From Corallococcus silvisoli (GTDB lineage: Bacteria > Myxococcota > Myxococcia > Myxococcales > Myxococcaceae), in NCBI RefSeq assembly GCF_009909145.1, contig NZ_JAAAPJ010000005.1, positions 464,470-528,469 on the forward strand: 64,000 bases of DNA, in the 5' to 3' direction. Below are positions 46,402 to 57,463 of this stretch, in pieces (positions within the stretch are counted from its first letter, which is position 1; every line of letters begins with the position of its first letter). Below the pieces are notes generated by a model that was not told the DNA's origin, did not search any database, and was given only the letters and a program-made list of their open reading frames with translations. Made by a program: the position numbers and the translations under genes.

Positions 46402-47133
46402 ATGAGCCTGAACGATCTACTTCATTACCTTCGCCTGGGCGGCGTCACCCTCGCCCTCCTCCTGGGTGCCTCCGTGGTCGCCCTGGGTGTGGCCATCGAA
46501 CGACTCATCGCCCTGTGGGGCGTGAGCGAGCGCTCCCGAAACCTGGGGGAGATCGTCCACAAGCACCTCCTCCGGGGGGACGTGGCCGCGGCCCGCACCG
46601 CCGCCGAGCGCTCCGACGCGGTGGCCGCCGACATCTTCCTCGCCGGCTTCGACCGCTGGGAGCGCTCCCGCGCCACCGGCGGCAACGGCATCGAGTCCGC
46701 CGTGGAGCGCGAGCGCGCCCAGGTGGGGCTCAAGCTGCGGCGCAACCTGTGGCTGCTCGCGACCATCGGTTCGACGACGCCCTTCGTGGGCCTCTTCGGC
46801 ACCGTGGCCGGCATCATGCGCTCCTTCAAGGACCTGGGCGTGGACGTGGAGGCCGGCGGCACGGGCGGCTCCGCGGCGGTGATGACGGGCATCTCCGAGG
46901 CGCTCGTGGCCACCGCGGTGGGCATCCTCGTCGCCGTGCAGGCGATGGTCTTCTACAACTACTTCCAGGCGCGGCTGTCCCGCGTGCTCGTGGAGCTGCG
47001 GCTGCTGGGCGACGAGTTCGTGGAGATCCTCAAGGAGCGCGCCGCCGGCGGCCCGCTGCCAGAACCAACGCCTTCACGCGAGAGCCCCGCGGCCCCCGCG
47101 CCGCGCCCGGATCCGCAGCCCGCCTCGTCGTAA
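46402..47133 (+). CDS. exbB: MotA/TolQ/ExbB proton-channel family protein
   Basis: Three TM helices with the signature LWLLATIGSTTPFVGLFGTVAGIMRSF. 243 aa. Confidence 0.85.
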   Translation: MSLNDLLHYLRLGGVTLALLLGASVVALGVAIERLIALWGVSERSRNLGEIVHKHLLRGDVAAARTAAERSDAVAADIFLAGFDRWERSRATGGNGIESAVERERAQVGLKLRRNLWLLATIGSTTPFVGLFGTVAGIMRSFKDLGVDVEAGGTGGSAAVMTGISEALVATAVGILVAVQAMVFYNYFQARLSRVLVELRLLGDEFVEILKERAAGGPLPEPTPSRESPAAPAPRPDPQPASS

Positions 47134-47148
47134 GGAGACACGCCCACC

Positions 47149-47604
47149 ATGGCCATGGGAAAGACGCCGGGCTCGTCCGACGATGAGGTCGAAGGCGCCG
47201 GCTTCGCGGAGATCAACATCACGCCGCTCACGGACGTGATGCTGGTGCTGCTCATCATCTTCATGGTGACCAGCTCCGTCATCACGCAGCAGGGTCCGGG
47301 CGGCGGCGCCAAGGCGGGCCTCAAGGTGAACCTGCCCAAGGGCGGCGCGGCGGACGTCACCGCGCGCACGACGGACCTGTCCGTGGCGGTGCTGGCGGAC
47401 GGCCGCTTCATGCTCGCCGGCAACGTCGTCGCGGAGGCGGAGCTGAAGCAGGCCTTCGACAAGGCGAAGGATCAGAACCCCGACACCGTGGTCATCGTCC
47501 AGGCGGACGAGGGCGTCTCCCACGGGACGGTGGTGCAGGTGATGGAGCTGGCGAAGAAGGCCGGCCTCGCGCAGCTCGCCATCGGCGTGCGCGAGGGCAA
47601 CTAG
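47149..47604 (+). CDS. exbD: ExbD/TolR biopolymer transport protein
   Basis: The N-terminus EINITPLTDVMLVLLIIFMVTS has the conserved D in the TM helix. The periplasmic domain is VVIVQADEGVSHGTVVQVMELAKKAG. 151 aa, 15 nt after exbB. Confidence 0.85.
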   Translation: MAMGKTPGSSDDEVEGAGFAEINITPLTDVMLVLLIIFMVTSSVITQQGPGGGAKAGLKVNLPKGGAADVTARTTDLSVAVLADGRFMLAGNVVAEAELKQAFDKAKDQNPDTVVIVQADEGVSHGTVVQVMELAKKAGLAQLAIGVREGN

Positions 47605-47626
47605 CCCCCCTCCCCCCTCGGAAAGG

Positions 47627-47666
47627 AAAAAGGCCCCCCGGCACGCATGCCGGAGGGCCTTTTTTC
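47627..47666. terminator. Bidirectional intrinsic terminator between convergent exbD and acyl-CoA dehydrogenase genes
   Basis: AAAAAGGCCCCCCGGCACGCATGCCGGAGGGCCTTTTTT is a 12-bp GC stem with one mismatch, flanked by an A-tract and a T-tract. Confidence 0.55.
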
Positions 47667-47693
47667 ATGGCGTCAGCCGGGTGTCCGGCGGAC

Positions 47694-49538
<1,845 letters not shown>

Positions 49539-49725
49539 GGCCACTCCTGCGTAGGGGCTCGCTGCCTGCTCTCTTCCCGCAGGGCAGGAAAAAGAAAGGG
49601 TCAGCGGCCCATGTGACGCAGGAAGTGTGGCGTCGACTGATTTTTGAGTCAACCCGGAATGACACCCCGCGTTGACGAGCGGTCGAAGCCGCCCCGTCCG
49701 AACGCGGGATTCCAGCGTTGAACGC

Positions 49726-50418
49726 CTACTTCTTGGCCTTCTTCGCCAGAGGGAGGGAGGCCGTCTTGGCGGCGGGCTTCTCCCGGGGGGCGGTCTTCTT
49801 GGACGAGGCGCCGGAGCGGGGCTCGCCCGCCTCCTCGTCGTCGTCCTCGTCCTCTTCCGGCGCGGTGGGAGCGGCGCTGGTGGACGACTCGGGGGCGGCG
49901 CTGGTGGCGGCGGGGACGACCAGGCTCTCGCGAGGGACCTCCACCACGATGGGGGACTGGCCGGAGCGCTGCCGGTTCTCGTCCTCCAGGGAGTAGAAGA
50001 GTTGGATCTGCGAGCCGCCCTTCATGACGAGCTCGCCCTTCTGGTTCTCCGCCCAGAGGTCGATTTCGACGAAGTACCGGCCGCCGGAGCCGTGGCGGTC
50101 GCTCACGCGGCCCTTGCAGACCACGGTGTCGCCCGGCCACACCATCTTGATGAACCGGACGTTGTAGCGGCGCAGCTGCCCGCCGCGCGCCCAGTCGCTG
50201 ATCAACTGGCCGAGCATGCCCATGACGAGCATGCCCGGGGCGTAGACGGACGGCATGCCCACGCTCTTGGCGTACAGCTCGTCCACGTGGACGGGGTTGT
50301 AGTCGCCGGAGGCGCCCGCGTAGCGCGACAGCTGCACGCGGTCCACCGGGGCCTTGGCCAGCGCGGGCAGCTCGTCACCCACGCGAATGGATTCGAAGTA
50401 GAGCTTGCGCGCGGGCAT
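49726..50418 (-). CDS. MaoC-like (R)-specific enoyl-CoA hydratase, hot-dog fold, with Lys/Ala-rich C-terminal tail
   Basis: SRYAGASGDYNPVHVDELYAKSVGMPSVYAPGMLVMGMLGQLI is the MaoC dehydratase motif. C-terminal tail KKTAPREKPAAKTASLPLAKKAKK. Confidence 0.75.
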   Translation of the reverse strand: MPARKLYFESIRVGDELPALAKAPVDRVQLSRYAGASGDYNPVHVDELYAKSVGMPSVYAPGMLVMGMLGQLISDWARGGQLRRYNVRFIKMVWPGDTVVCKGRVSDRHGSGGRYFVEIDLWAENQKGELVMKGGSQIQLFYSLEDENRQRSGQSPIVVEVPRESLVVPAATSAAPESSTSAAPTAPEEDEDDDEEAGEPRSGASSKKTAPREKPAAKTASLPLAKKAKK

Positions 50419-50867
50419 CAGACGTTCTCCTTGGCGGCACGCACCACGAGGGTCCGGCGAGCACGGAAGACGAGGTTGCCCTCCTCGTCACGGCCTTCGT
50501 CCTCGATGACCGCGATGTCCATCTTGCCGGACATGCCCGGCCGTTCGAAGACGTCCGACACGCGGGTGGACACGTAGATGCGATCCCCCGCGAAGATGGG
50601 CCGCTCGTAGTCGAAGCCCTGTTCGGCGTGCAGCAGGCTCTTGATGCCCACCCCCAACAGCTCACGGAGGTCCGCGGCGGAATGGAACGACGCGGGGAAC
50701 GTGGGCGGCGCGACGATGGTGGGATAGCCCGAGGCACGGGCGTACTCCTCGTCGTAGTAGATGGGATTGTAGTCGCCGATCGCTTCGGCGAAGCGCCGGA
50801 TGGCGCCCTTCTCCACCTCGTTGAGCGTCGGCGGTGAGGCGCGGCCAATCGCGTTCTTGTCCAGCAT
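50418..50867 (-). CDS. MaoC-like dehydratase N-terminal-type hot-dog protein (partner subunit)
   Basis: IRRFAEAIGDYNPIYYDEEYARASGYPTIVAPPTF...DRIYVSTRVSDVFERPG. The stop overlaps the start of the downstream MaoC gene, resembling two-subunit HadAB-type hydratases. Confidence 0.7.
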   Translation of the reverse strand: MLDKNAIGRASPPTLNEVEKGAIRRFAEAIGDYNPIYYDEEYARASGYPTIVAPPTFPASFHSAADLRELLGVGIKSLLHAEQGFDYERPIFAGDRIYVSTRVSDVFERPGMSGKMDIAVIEDEGRDEEGNLVFRARRTLVVRAAKENV

Positions 50868-50887
50868 TTCCCTCTCCTGATGAACCT

Positions 50888-51889
50888 TCAGCGTCCTGAC
50901 GGCAGCTCAAGCACCGTCATGAGCCCGGCCTCCGCGGCCGTCAAACGTGGCGCGGCATTCACCAGCGCGTTCGCGGTGGCCCGGTCGCCCGCCACTCCCC
51001 CCGGGATTTCCAGCACCAGTCTGGGATCCGCGTCGATTTCGATGCGATCCCTTGGGTTGTCCGCCCCCACCGCGATGGTCAGCTCCAGGCGCACCCGCTC
51101 CTGACCCTCCTCCAAACCCACCACGGATTGGAACATGCCCGCGACGCGGCCTTTCTTCACGACAAATGCGCCGCCGGAGATCTCCTCCTCCGCGAACACC
51201 GGCGCGACCTCCTCCTCGAAGTCGTCGCAGTCCAGGCCCAAACCCAGCGCCGCCAGCGCCGCGGACTCCACCAGCCCCACGTGGCCCAGCTCCTCGCGGT
51301 CCACCAGCTCGAAGAACTCCTCCTCCGTCAGGCCCGCCCCCACCTTGCGCTGCAGCGCTTCACGCCGCGTCCGCGCGTCCACCACGCGGCTGGCCAGCAC
51401 CTTGCGGACGGGCCCGCAGACCTGCCCCGCGGTGGCCACCAGCCGGTCCAGCACGAAGCCCGGGTTCACGCCGGTGCCCACGATGGCGACGCCCGCCTTC
51501 TGCGCGGCGCGCTCCAGCTTCTCCGCCAGCTCCGGGTACTTGAGGTGCGGGAACGCCAGCTCCTCGCACGTGCTGGCCACCGGCAGGCCCAGCTTCAGCG
51601 CGTCCAGCAGCTGCTCCATCACCTGCGAGAGCCGCGAGCTGGTGGCGTGCAGCACCACCACGCCCTTGCGGCGCCCCACGGCGCGCTCCAGCGAGTCCGC
51701 GACCTTGAAGCGCGGCGCGGCCTGCCCCAGCACGTCCCCCAGCGGACGCCCCACCAGGGAAGGCTGCGAGTCCACCGCGCCCATCAATTCCACTTCGGGG
51801 GACGACAGGGCGGCCCTGGCAATTTCCTGCCCGATGAACCCCAGCCCCATCACCACCACCGGCACCGGCCCATCAGGGGCTCTAGCCAT
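50888..51889 (-). CDS. DapB-like NAD(P)-binding oxidoreductase (dihydrodipicolinate reductase / amine dehydrogenase family)
   Basis: Rossmann N-terminus PVVVMGLGFIGQEIARAAL with a DapB-like C-terminal domain. 333 aa. The exact substrate cannot be determined from sequence alone. Confidence 0.5.
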   Translation of the reverse strand: MARAPDGPVPVVVMGLGFIGQEIARAALSSPEVELMGAVDSQPSLVGRPLGDVLGQAAPRFKVADSLERAVGRRKGVVVLHATSSRLSQVMEQLLDALKLGLPVASTCEELAFPHLKYPELAEKLERAAQKAGVAIVGTGVNPGFVLDRLVATAGQVCGPVRKVLASRVVDARTRREALQRKVGAGLTEEEFFELVDREELGHVGLVESAALAALGLGLDCDDFEEEVAPVFAEEEISGGAFVVKKGRVAGMFQSVVGLEEGQERVRLELTIAVGADNPRDRIEIDADPRLVLEIPGGVAGDRATANALVNAAPRLTAAEAGLMTVLELPSGR

Positions 51890-52133
51890 CGGAGATTGCT
51901 CCCGAATTCCAAGGGGTTACAACCATTTACGGCGGGTCGCCAGCCACCATAGAACACGCTTCCTTGAGCAAGCAAGCGTAACGTGGAGTCCAGCGACCAC
52001 TGGTTTCGGGGAATCTTCAAGAATTCCGGCAGTTTACCAGCACTGGAAAGCTTGGGGGGCCTGTTTGCCTGCCCGTGGAGCGGATATAAGACTCTGAGAA
52101 AACGCAGCCCACTCGCTCGGAGCGTATCTGCCC

Positions 52134-53255
52134 ATGGCTCGGATCCTCGTGGTGGACGACGACGTGCTCATCCTCGCGGCGCTTTCCCGAATCCTGCAGG
52201 CGGAGGGCTACGAGGTCGTCACCCACAGCGATCCGGTGGTCGCGGCGCGGGAACAGGGCTTCGACGTGGTGCTGACGGACTTCATGATGCCGTACCTCAA
52301 CGGCATCGAGCTGCTGTCGGCGCTCCGGGAGAAGAACCCGCGCGCGGTGCGGCTGATGTTGACGGCGGCGGCGGACTTCAAGACGGCGTCGGAGGCGGTG
52401 AACCGGGGCGAGGTCTTCCGGTTGCTGGGCAAGCCGTGGGCGCTGAGCGAGCTGACCAGCAGCGTGAGGCAGGCCATCGAGCACCACCGGCTGGTGGCGG
52501 CCAACGAGCGGCTGACGCGCGAGGTCGCGGAGAAGAACGCGGAGCTGCTGGCCATCAACGAGGGCCTGGAGCGCCGGGTCATCGAGCGCACGACGGGGCT
52601 TCTGGACGGGCTCATCAGCGCGCTGGACTACCGCGACACGGAGACGCAGTGGCACTCACGGCGCGTGTCGCTGTACGCGCGGCGGCTGGCGCAGGAGATT
52701 GGCCTCACCGGGCCGGCGTTGGACGTGGTGGAACAGGGCGCGCTCCTGCACGACATCGGCAAGATTGGCGTGCGCGACTCCATCCTGCTCAAGCCCGGGC
52801 CGCTCACGCCCGAGGAGTGGGTGGAGATGAAGCAGCACCCGGAGTTCGGCTACCGGATGCTGGCGAAGATGCCCTACCTGCACGAGGCGGCGCTCATCGT
52901 GCTGCAGCACCAGGAGCGCTGGGACGGCAAGGGCTACCCGCTGGGGCTCAAGGGCGAGGACATCGTCGTCGGCGCGCGCATCTTCTGCCTCGTGGATACG
53001 CTGGACGCCATCACCTCCGACCGGCCCTATCGCAAGGGACGTCCCATGAGCGTGGCCCGCGACGAGGTCCGCCGCTGCGCGGGGACGCAGTTCGACCCGG
53101 CGCTCGCGGAGGCGTTCCTGGGCCTCCCGGAGACGGAGTGGGCCCGCATCCGCCGCGAGGTGGAGATGATGGAAGAAGCGGAGGACCGCCGCTGGAACGG
53201 CGGGAAGCTCAACGCCCACGGTGAACCCGAGCCCGCGCGCGCCAGCGGGGCCTGA
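52134..53255 (+). CDS. Response regulator with HD-GYP domain (c-di-GMP phosphodiesterase type)
   Basis: Receiver MARILVVDDDVLILAALS...DVVLTDFMMPYLNGIELL. The HD-GYP part is HSRRVSLYARRLAQEIGL...LLHDIGKIGVRDSILLKPGPLTPEEW...HPEFGYRML..HQERWDGKGYPLGLKGEDI, with HD and GYP motifs intact. Confidence 0.85.
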   Translation: MARILVVDDDVLILAALSRILQAEGYEVVTHSDPVVAAREQGFDVVLTDFMMPYLNGIELLSALREKNPRAVRLMLTAAADFKTASEAVNRGEVFRLLGKPWALSELTSSVRQAIEHHRLVAANERLTREVAEKNAELLAINEGLERRVIERTTGLLDGLISALDYRDTETQWHSRRVSLYARRLAQEIGLTGPALDVVEQGALLHDIGKIGVRDSILLKPGPLTPEEWVEMKQHPEFGYRMLAKMPYLHEAALIVLQHQERWDGKGYPLGLKGEDIVVGARIFCLVDTLDAITSDRPYRKGRPMSVARDEVRRCAGTQFDPALAEAFLGLPETEWARIRREVEMMEEAEDRRWNGGKLNAHGEPEPARASGA

Positions 53256-53273
53256 CGCGCGCGAGAGGCCGGC

Positions 53274-55403
53274 TCAGGGGCGGTGGTCGCCAACGATGAC
53301 GTCGTCGATGACCGTGCCCTCCAGCAGCGCGTCCACGACGTCCATGCCCGCGATGACGCTTCCGAAGGCCGTGTAGCGGCCGTCCAGGTGCGGCTGCGGC
53401 GAGTGGGTGAAGAAGAACTGGCTGCCGCCGGTGTCCTTGCCGGACAGCGCCATCCCCACGGTGCCCCGGGCATATGGCCGGCGCGTCATCTCACACCGGA
53501 TGGAGTACCCGGGGCCGCCCTCCCCGTCCCCGCGCGGGTCGCCGCCTTGCGCGACGAAGTCCGGCACCACGCGGTGGAACGTCGTGCCCCGGAAGTAGCC
53601 CTGCCGCGCGAGCGCCACCAGGTTGCCGCCCGTGAGCGGCGCCTGTTCATCCAGGAGCACGGTGATGTCGCCCTTGCGCGTGCGCAGCGTGAGCGTCGTG
53701 GAAGGGGGCGCGGCGGGCGGACGGGAGGTGTGCGGCGGCAGCTCCACGCGGCCGGCGCGGATGGGCGTCCCCGTGAGGGAGGTGAGGGCTTCGGCGGCGA
53801 CGCGGCGCACGTTCGCGTGCGGGTGGGTCAGCCACTCGCGCAGGCGGGGCTCGGCGGCGCGCCCCTGCAACGCGACGAGCGCGCCAGCCACGGACTCCGC
53901 CAGGTCCGGCTCCCGAGGCACCCGCGCCGCCAGGGCCTCCACCGCGGGCAGCGCTTCGGCGTCGTGCAGCTTTCCGGCGGCGGAGGCGGCGAGCCCCGCC
54001 ACCACCGCGTCGCTCCCGGCGATGAGCGCTCGCACCGGCGCCTTCGCTTCGGGCACGGGCCGCTCGGAAATGGCATCCAGCGCCGCGCCGCGCACCACGG
54101 GACTGACGTGGCTCAGGTAGGGCACCGCGAAGGCGGCTCCCGACACGGGTGGAGTCACGTCCCCCGGCTTCGCCGCGGTCGCGGACAGCACCTTGAACTG
54201 GGCCACCTCATGCAGCCCCAACGCGAGCCTCCGGGCTTCAGGGACGCGGCCCTCTCCACACCGAAGCACCTCCTCCAGGATGCCCCGCTGCCGGTCCATC
54301 GCCGCCGCGAACCGGCAGTCCAGCCACGCGAGGTCCGCGCGGGCCTCGTCGGACGCGGCGCCAGGGGCCGCTTCCGCCATGGCCGCCCTGAGGCCCGACA
54401 ACACCGGCCGTCCCTGGAGCGGGAGTCCCTGCTGGGCCACCGCCAGCAAGGCGTGGCCCCACTCCGCCTTCCCTTCCGCCACGCGCTTCGCGCGGTACCC
54501 GATGCCCTGCAGGGCCAGCAGCGGACCACAGGTCGTCCCCTCCTGGCACTTCACCGCCAGCTTCGCCAACGCCCGCGCCGCCTCCGCCGAGACCCGGGGG
54601 ACTTCGTCTCCGAGCATCAAGCCCAGCGCGAAGGTGTCCGTGGAGCCGCCCACATCCCCCAGGCCCTTCGTGCACAGGGCCCTCACGTCGGGCTGGGCGT
54701 TGGACAGACAGGCGCGAAGCGCGTCCACGGCGTCCGGCCGCTTCGACGCCGCCAGCAGGTACGCCCCGGCGAGGTTCACCTCCCAGCGCTCGCGCGCCTT
54801 CAACAGCGCGCGGATCGCATCCAGGGGAACGCCCGCCACCGCCGCCGGGCCCGCCTTGCGCGCGGCGACGCCCAGGGCCGTCGCCGCGAACTCCGACCAG
54901 GGCTCGCCGGGTGGCGACAGGCGGGCCGTCAGGACCTCCACCGCGCCGGGCGTGGCCAGCTTCCCCAGCGACTCCAGCAGGGTGATGCGCACCCGGTCCG
55001 TCGTCTCCGTGGCCTCCGCGCGCACCAGCGCCGCGGTCAGCTTCGCCTGGGCGTCCGCCGGCAGTGGCTCCCACGACAACGCCAGCTCGCCCGCCGCGAA
55101 GGCGGCCTCGTCGCGCACGGTGGTCGCGGGCGCCGTCAGCCCCGCGAGGATCGCGTCCAGCGTCTCCAGGTCCTGGATGCGCGCCAGGGCCCGCAGGGCG
55201 CGGCTTCGCACGAGGGCCTCCGGGGCTGACGTGGCGAGCCGCACGAGCTCGCCGCCCCCGAGCGAACGGCGATCCTCCCAGTCCTGGATGCGTTGGAGGA
55301 CGCGGGCAGGCGGCTCGTCCCCTCCGTCGGACGGTGGCACGGTGCGCACGCACGCGCTCAGGAGGAGGATTCCGGCGGACACGGCGGCGGTCAGGCGGGC
55401 CAT
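53274..55403 (-). CDS. Lipoprotein with N-terminal HEAT/ARM-like repeat region and C-terminal cyclophilin-type peptidyl-prolyl isomerase domain
   Basis: Lipobox LLLSAC. HEAT-like repeats of about 550 aa (…VRSRALRALARI…, …VRALCTKGLGDVG…, …VRRVAAEALTSL…). The C-terminal cyclophilin region is GYFRGTTFHRVVPDFVAQGGDP...RGTVGMALSGKDTGGSQFFFT. Confidence 0.75.
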   Translation of the reverse strand: MARLTAAVSAGILLLSACVRTVPPSDGGDEPPARVLQRIQDWEDRRSLGGGELVRLATSAPEALVRSRALRALARIQDLETLDAILAGLTAPATTVRDEAAFAAGELALSWEPLPADAQAKLTAALVRAEATETTDRVRITLLESLGKLATPGAVEVLTARLSPPGEPWSEFAATALGVAARKAGPAAVAGVPLDAIRALLKARERWEVNLAGAYLLAASKRPDAVDALRACLSNAQPDVRALCTKGLGDVGGSTDTFALGLMLGDEVPRVSAEAARALAKLAVKCQEGTTCGPLLALQGIGYRAKRVAEGKAEWGHALLAVAQQGLPLQGRPVLSGLRAAMAEAAPGAASDEARADLAWLDCRFAAAMDRQRGILEEVLRCGEGRVPEARRLALGLHEVAQFKVLSATAAKPGDVTPPVSGAAFAVPYLSHVSPVVRGAALDAISERPVPEAKAPVRALIAGSDAVVAGLAASAAGKLHDAEALPAVEALAARVPREPDLAESVAGALVALQGRAAEPRLREWLTHPHANVRRVAAEALTSLTGTPIRAGRVELPPHTSRPPAAPPSTTLTLRTRKGDITVLLDEQAPLTGGNLVALARQGYFRGTTFHRVVPDFVAQGGDPRGDGEGGPGYSIRCEMTRRPYARGTVGMALSGKDTGGSQFFFTHSPQPHLDGRYTAFGSVIAGMDVVDALLEGTVIDDVIVGDHRP

Positions 55404-55526
55404 GTCCGGAGGGGCTAGGTCAATTCCCCGCGAAAATCCAGGGGTTATGGCTTTGAAGGGGTTTGACAGGCGCGCGCGGGGGCCGGGAAGATATCGCGCC
55501 GTTTCCCCCCTCCCGGAGCACCAGCC

Positions 55527-56462
55527 CTGAACTGCCCAGGCTGCAATCGCAAGGTCGCGGACGACACCGCCATCTGCCCCGAATGCGACTACATCATCGA
55601 CCAGTCCTTCCTCGGGGGCGGGGACGAGGGCGGTTCCGGGGATGACGAGAGCACCGGAGTCGGCCCCCCGCCGCGCTCACGCCCGCCCGCCCCGAAGGCC
55701 GCGCCGCCGCCCAAGGCACGCCCTGCCCCGGCCCGCGCCAAGCCGGGCGCCCGCGCCGCCGCGCCGCCGCCGGGCGACGACGCCACGAACGTGCGCAGCA
55801 TGGACGACATCGCCAGGGAGCGCGCCCAGCGCCCCGCGGGCCGGACCGGTGCCGCGGCGAAGGCCGCCCCCGCGCGTGCCGCCCCGGCCCCCCGCCGCCC
55901 GGCTCCCGCGCCCGTCGAGGAGGAAGAGGACGACGCCGGGGACGCCGCGGACCCCTGGTCCCGCGAGGCCCGCGAGCTCGAGTCCAACCGCTCGCCCATC
56001 GATGATCCGGAAGTCCTGCTGGACGACGCGCGCTCGTTCCTGAAGGAGCTGGAAGGTGGGGACCGCATCGCCTTCTGGGGCGCGACGCTGGTGGTGCTGT
56101 CCTGCTTCATGCCGTGGAAGGAGACGGCCGCGGACGGCGACTTCCTGGGCCTCATCAGCCTGGGCTTCGTCTCCTTCCTCTTCGCCGTCGCGCAGATGGT
56201 CCTCGTCGGCCTGCGGTCGCGCAACGTGATGACCTGGGTGAACCCCATGATTCCCTGGGGCGCGCAGATGGTCTGCAGCGTGGTGTGCCTCGCGTGGTCG
56301 CTGGTGTTCCTGAAGCTCTCGTCGGACACGACGCTGGTGCCGTCGCCGCTCGGCAACTCGGAGATGATGAACTCGTCGCCGAGCATCGGCTGCTTCCTGG
56401 GCATCCTCGGCGCGGTCATCGCGCTCCTCGGCGGACTGATGGGCCTGAGACGCCAGGACTAG
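55527..56462 (+). CDS. Zinc-ribbon membrane protein (N-terminal CxxC-x13-CxxC, Pro/Ala-rich linker, 4 TM C-terminal domain); probable CTG start
   Basis: The in-frame translation from 55527 reads LNCPGCNRKVADDTAICPECDYIID...., then continues through the ORF-track fragment 55791..56462 (MRSMDDIARE...), which contains the TM helices (IAFWGATLVVLSCFMPW, FLGLISLGFVSFLFAVAQMVLVGL, MIPWGAQMVCSVVCLAWSLVFL, IGCFLGILGAVIALLGGLMGL). There is no ATG/GTG/TTG between the upstream stop (55464) and 55791. A GGAG sits 8 nt upstream of CTG 55527. Confidence 0.5.
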   Translation: MNCPGCNRKVADDTAICPECDYIIDQSFLGGGDEGGSGDDESTGVGPPPRSRPPAPKAAPPPKARPAPARAKPGARAAAPPPGDDATNVRSMDDIARERAQRPAGRTGAAAKAAPARAAPAPRRPAPAPVEEEEDDAGDAADPWSREARELESNRSPIDDPEVLLDDARSFLKELEGGDRIAFWGATLVVLSCFMPWKETAADGDFLGLISLGFVSFLFAVAQMVLVGLRSRNVMTWVNPMIPWGAQMVCSVVCLAWSLVFLKLSSDTTLVPSPLGNSEMMNSSPSIGCFLGILGAVIALLGGLMGLRRQD

Positions 56463-56527
56463 GTCCGGCCCCCCCGAGGATTTCGCTGCCGCGGGGGATG
56501 GGAGGCGGGCTACCGTCGCGGGCCACC

Positions 56528-57463
56528 ATGTCCGACGCCACGCCCCTCTCCCGCCTCCTCGACGCGCTGGGCTCGGCCGTCGTGGGCCAGCCCCGCGTGC
56601 TGGCCGACCTGGTGACGGCCTTCCTCGCGCGCGGCCATGTGCTGCTGGAGGGTGTGCCCGGCGTCGCCAAGACGCTCACCGCCCGCAGCATGGCGGGCGC
56701 GCTGGGCCTGTCCTTCTCCCGCGTGCAGTTCACCCCGGACCTGATGCCCGCGGACATCCTGGGCACCAACGTCTTCCAGCCGCAGTCGCAGTCCTTCCGC
56801 CTGATGAAGGGCCCCGTCTTCACGGAGGTCCTGGTCGCGGATGAGATCAACCGCACCCCGCCCAAGACGCAGGCGGCGCTGCTGGAGGCCATGGAGGAGC
56901 GGCAGGTCACCATCGACGGTGTCACCCACCCGCTGCCGCCGCACTTCTTCGTCGTCGCCACGCAGAACCCGCTGGAGCTGGAGGGCACCTATCCCCTCCC
57001 CGAGGCGCAGCTGGACCGCTTCCTCATGCGCGTGCGCGTGGGCTATCCGGACGGGGACGCGGAGGCCTCCCTCCTGCGCGCCTTCCACCAGCGCGAGGGC
57101 CGGCCGCCCGCCGTGTCCCGCGTGCTCGACGCCGCCACGCTGACGGAGCTGCAGGACCGCGCGGCTCGCGTCGCGTGCGACGACTCCATCCTCCAGTACG
57201 TCGTGCAGCTCGTGCGCGACACCCGCGCCCATCCCCGCGTGCGGCTGGGCGCGAGCCCCCGCGCAGCCCAGGCCCTGCTCGCGGCGGCCAAGGCGCACGC
57301 GGCGCTCCGGGGCACCGACTTCGTCACCCCGGATGACGTGAAGTCCGTCACGCCCAGCGTCCTCAACCACCGCCTCCTCCTCAAGGCCGAGGCCGAGGTG
57401 GAGGGCGTCACGGCGGATGACGTCCTCCGGCAGACGCTCGAGCGGGTGCGAGTGCCCCGGTGA
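56528..57463 (+). CDS. MoxR-family AAA+ ATPase
   Basis: Walker [12 protein letters not shown] and Walker [25 protein letters not shown]. Sensor regions are present, and the C-terminal helical lid is typical of MoxR. Start at MSDATPLS. The upstream extension in the ORF track is rejected. Confidence 0.85.
   Translation: MSDATPLSRLLDALGSAVVGQPRVLADLVTAFLARGHVLLEGVPGVAKTLTARSMAGALGLSFSRVQFTPDLMPADILGTNVFQPQSQSFRLMKGPVFTEVLVADEINRTPPKTQAALLEAMEERQVTIDGVTHPLPPHFFVVATQNPLELEGTYPLPEAQLDRFLMRVRVGYPDGDAEASLLRAFHQREGRPPAVSRVLDAATLTELQDRAARVACDDSILQYVVQLVRDTRAHPRVRLGASPRAAQALLAAAKAHAALRGTDFVTPDDVKSVTPSVLNHRLLLKAEAEVEGVTADDVLRQTLERVRVPR

Noticed and set aside
53283-55229. 648-aa plus-strand ORF
   Set aside because: Antisense to the HEAT-cyclophilin lipoprotein gene.
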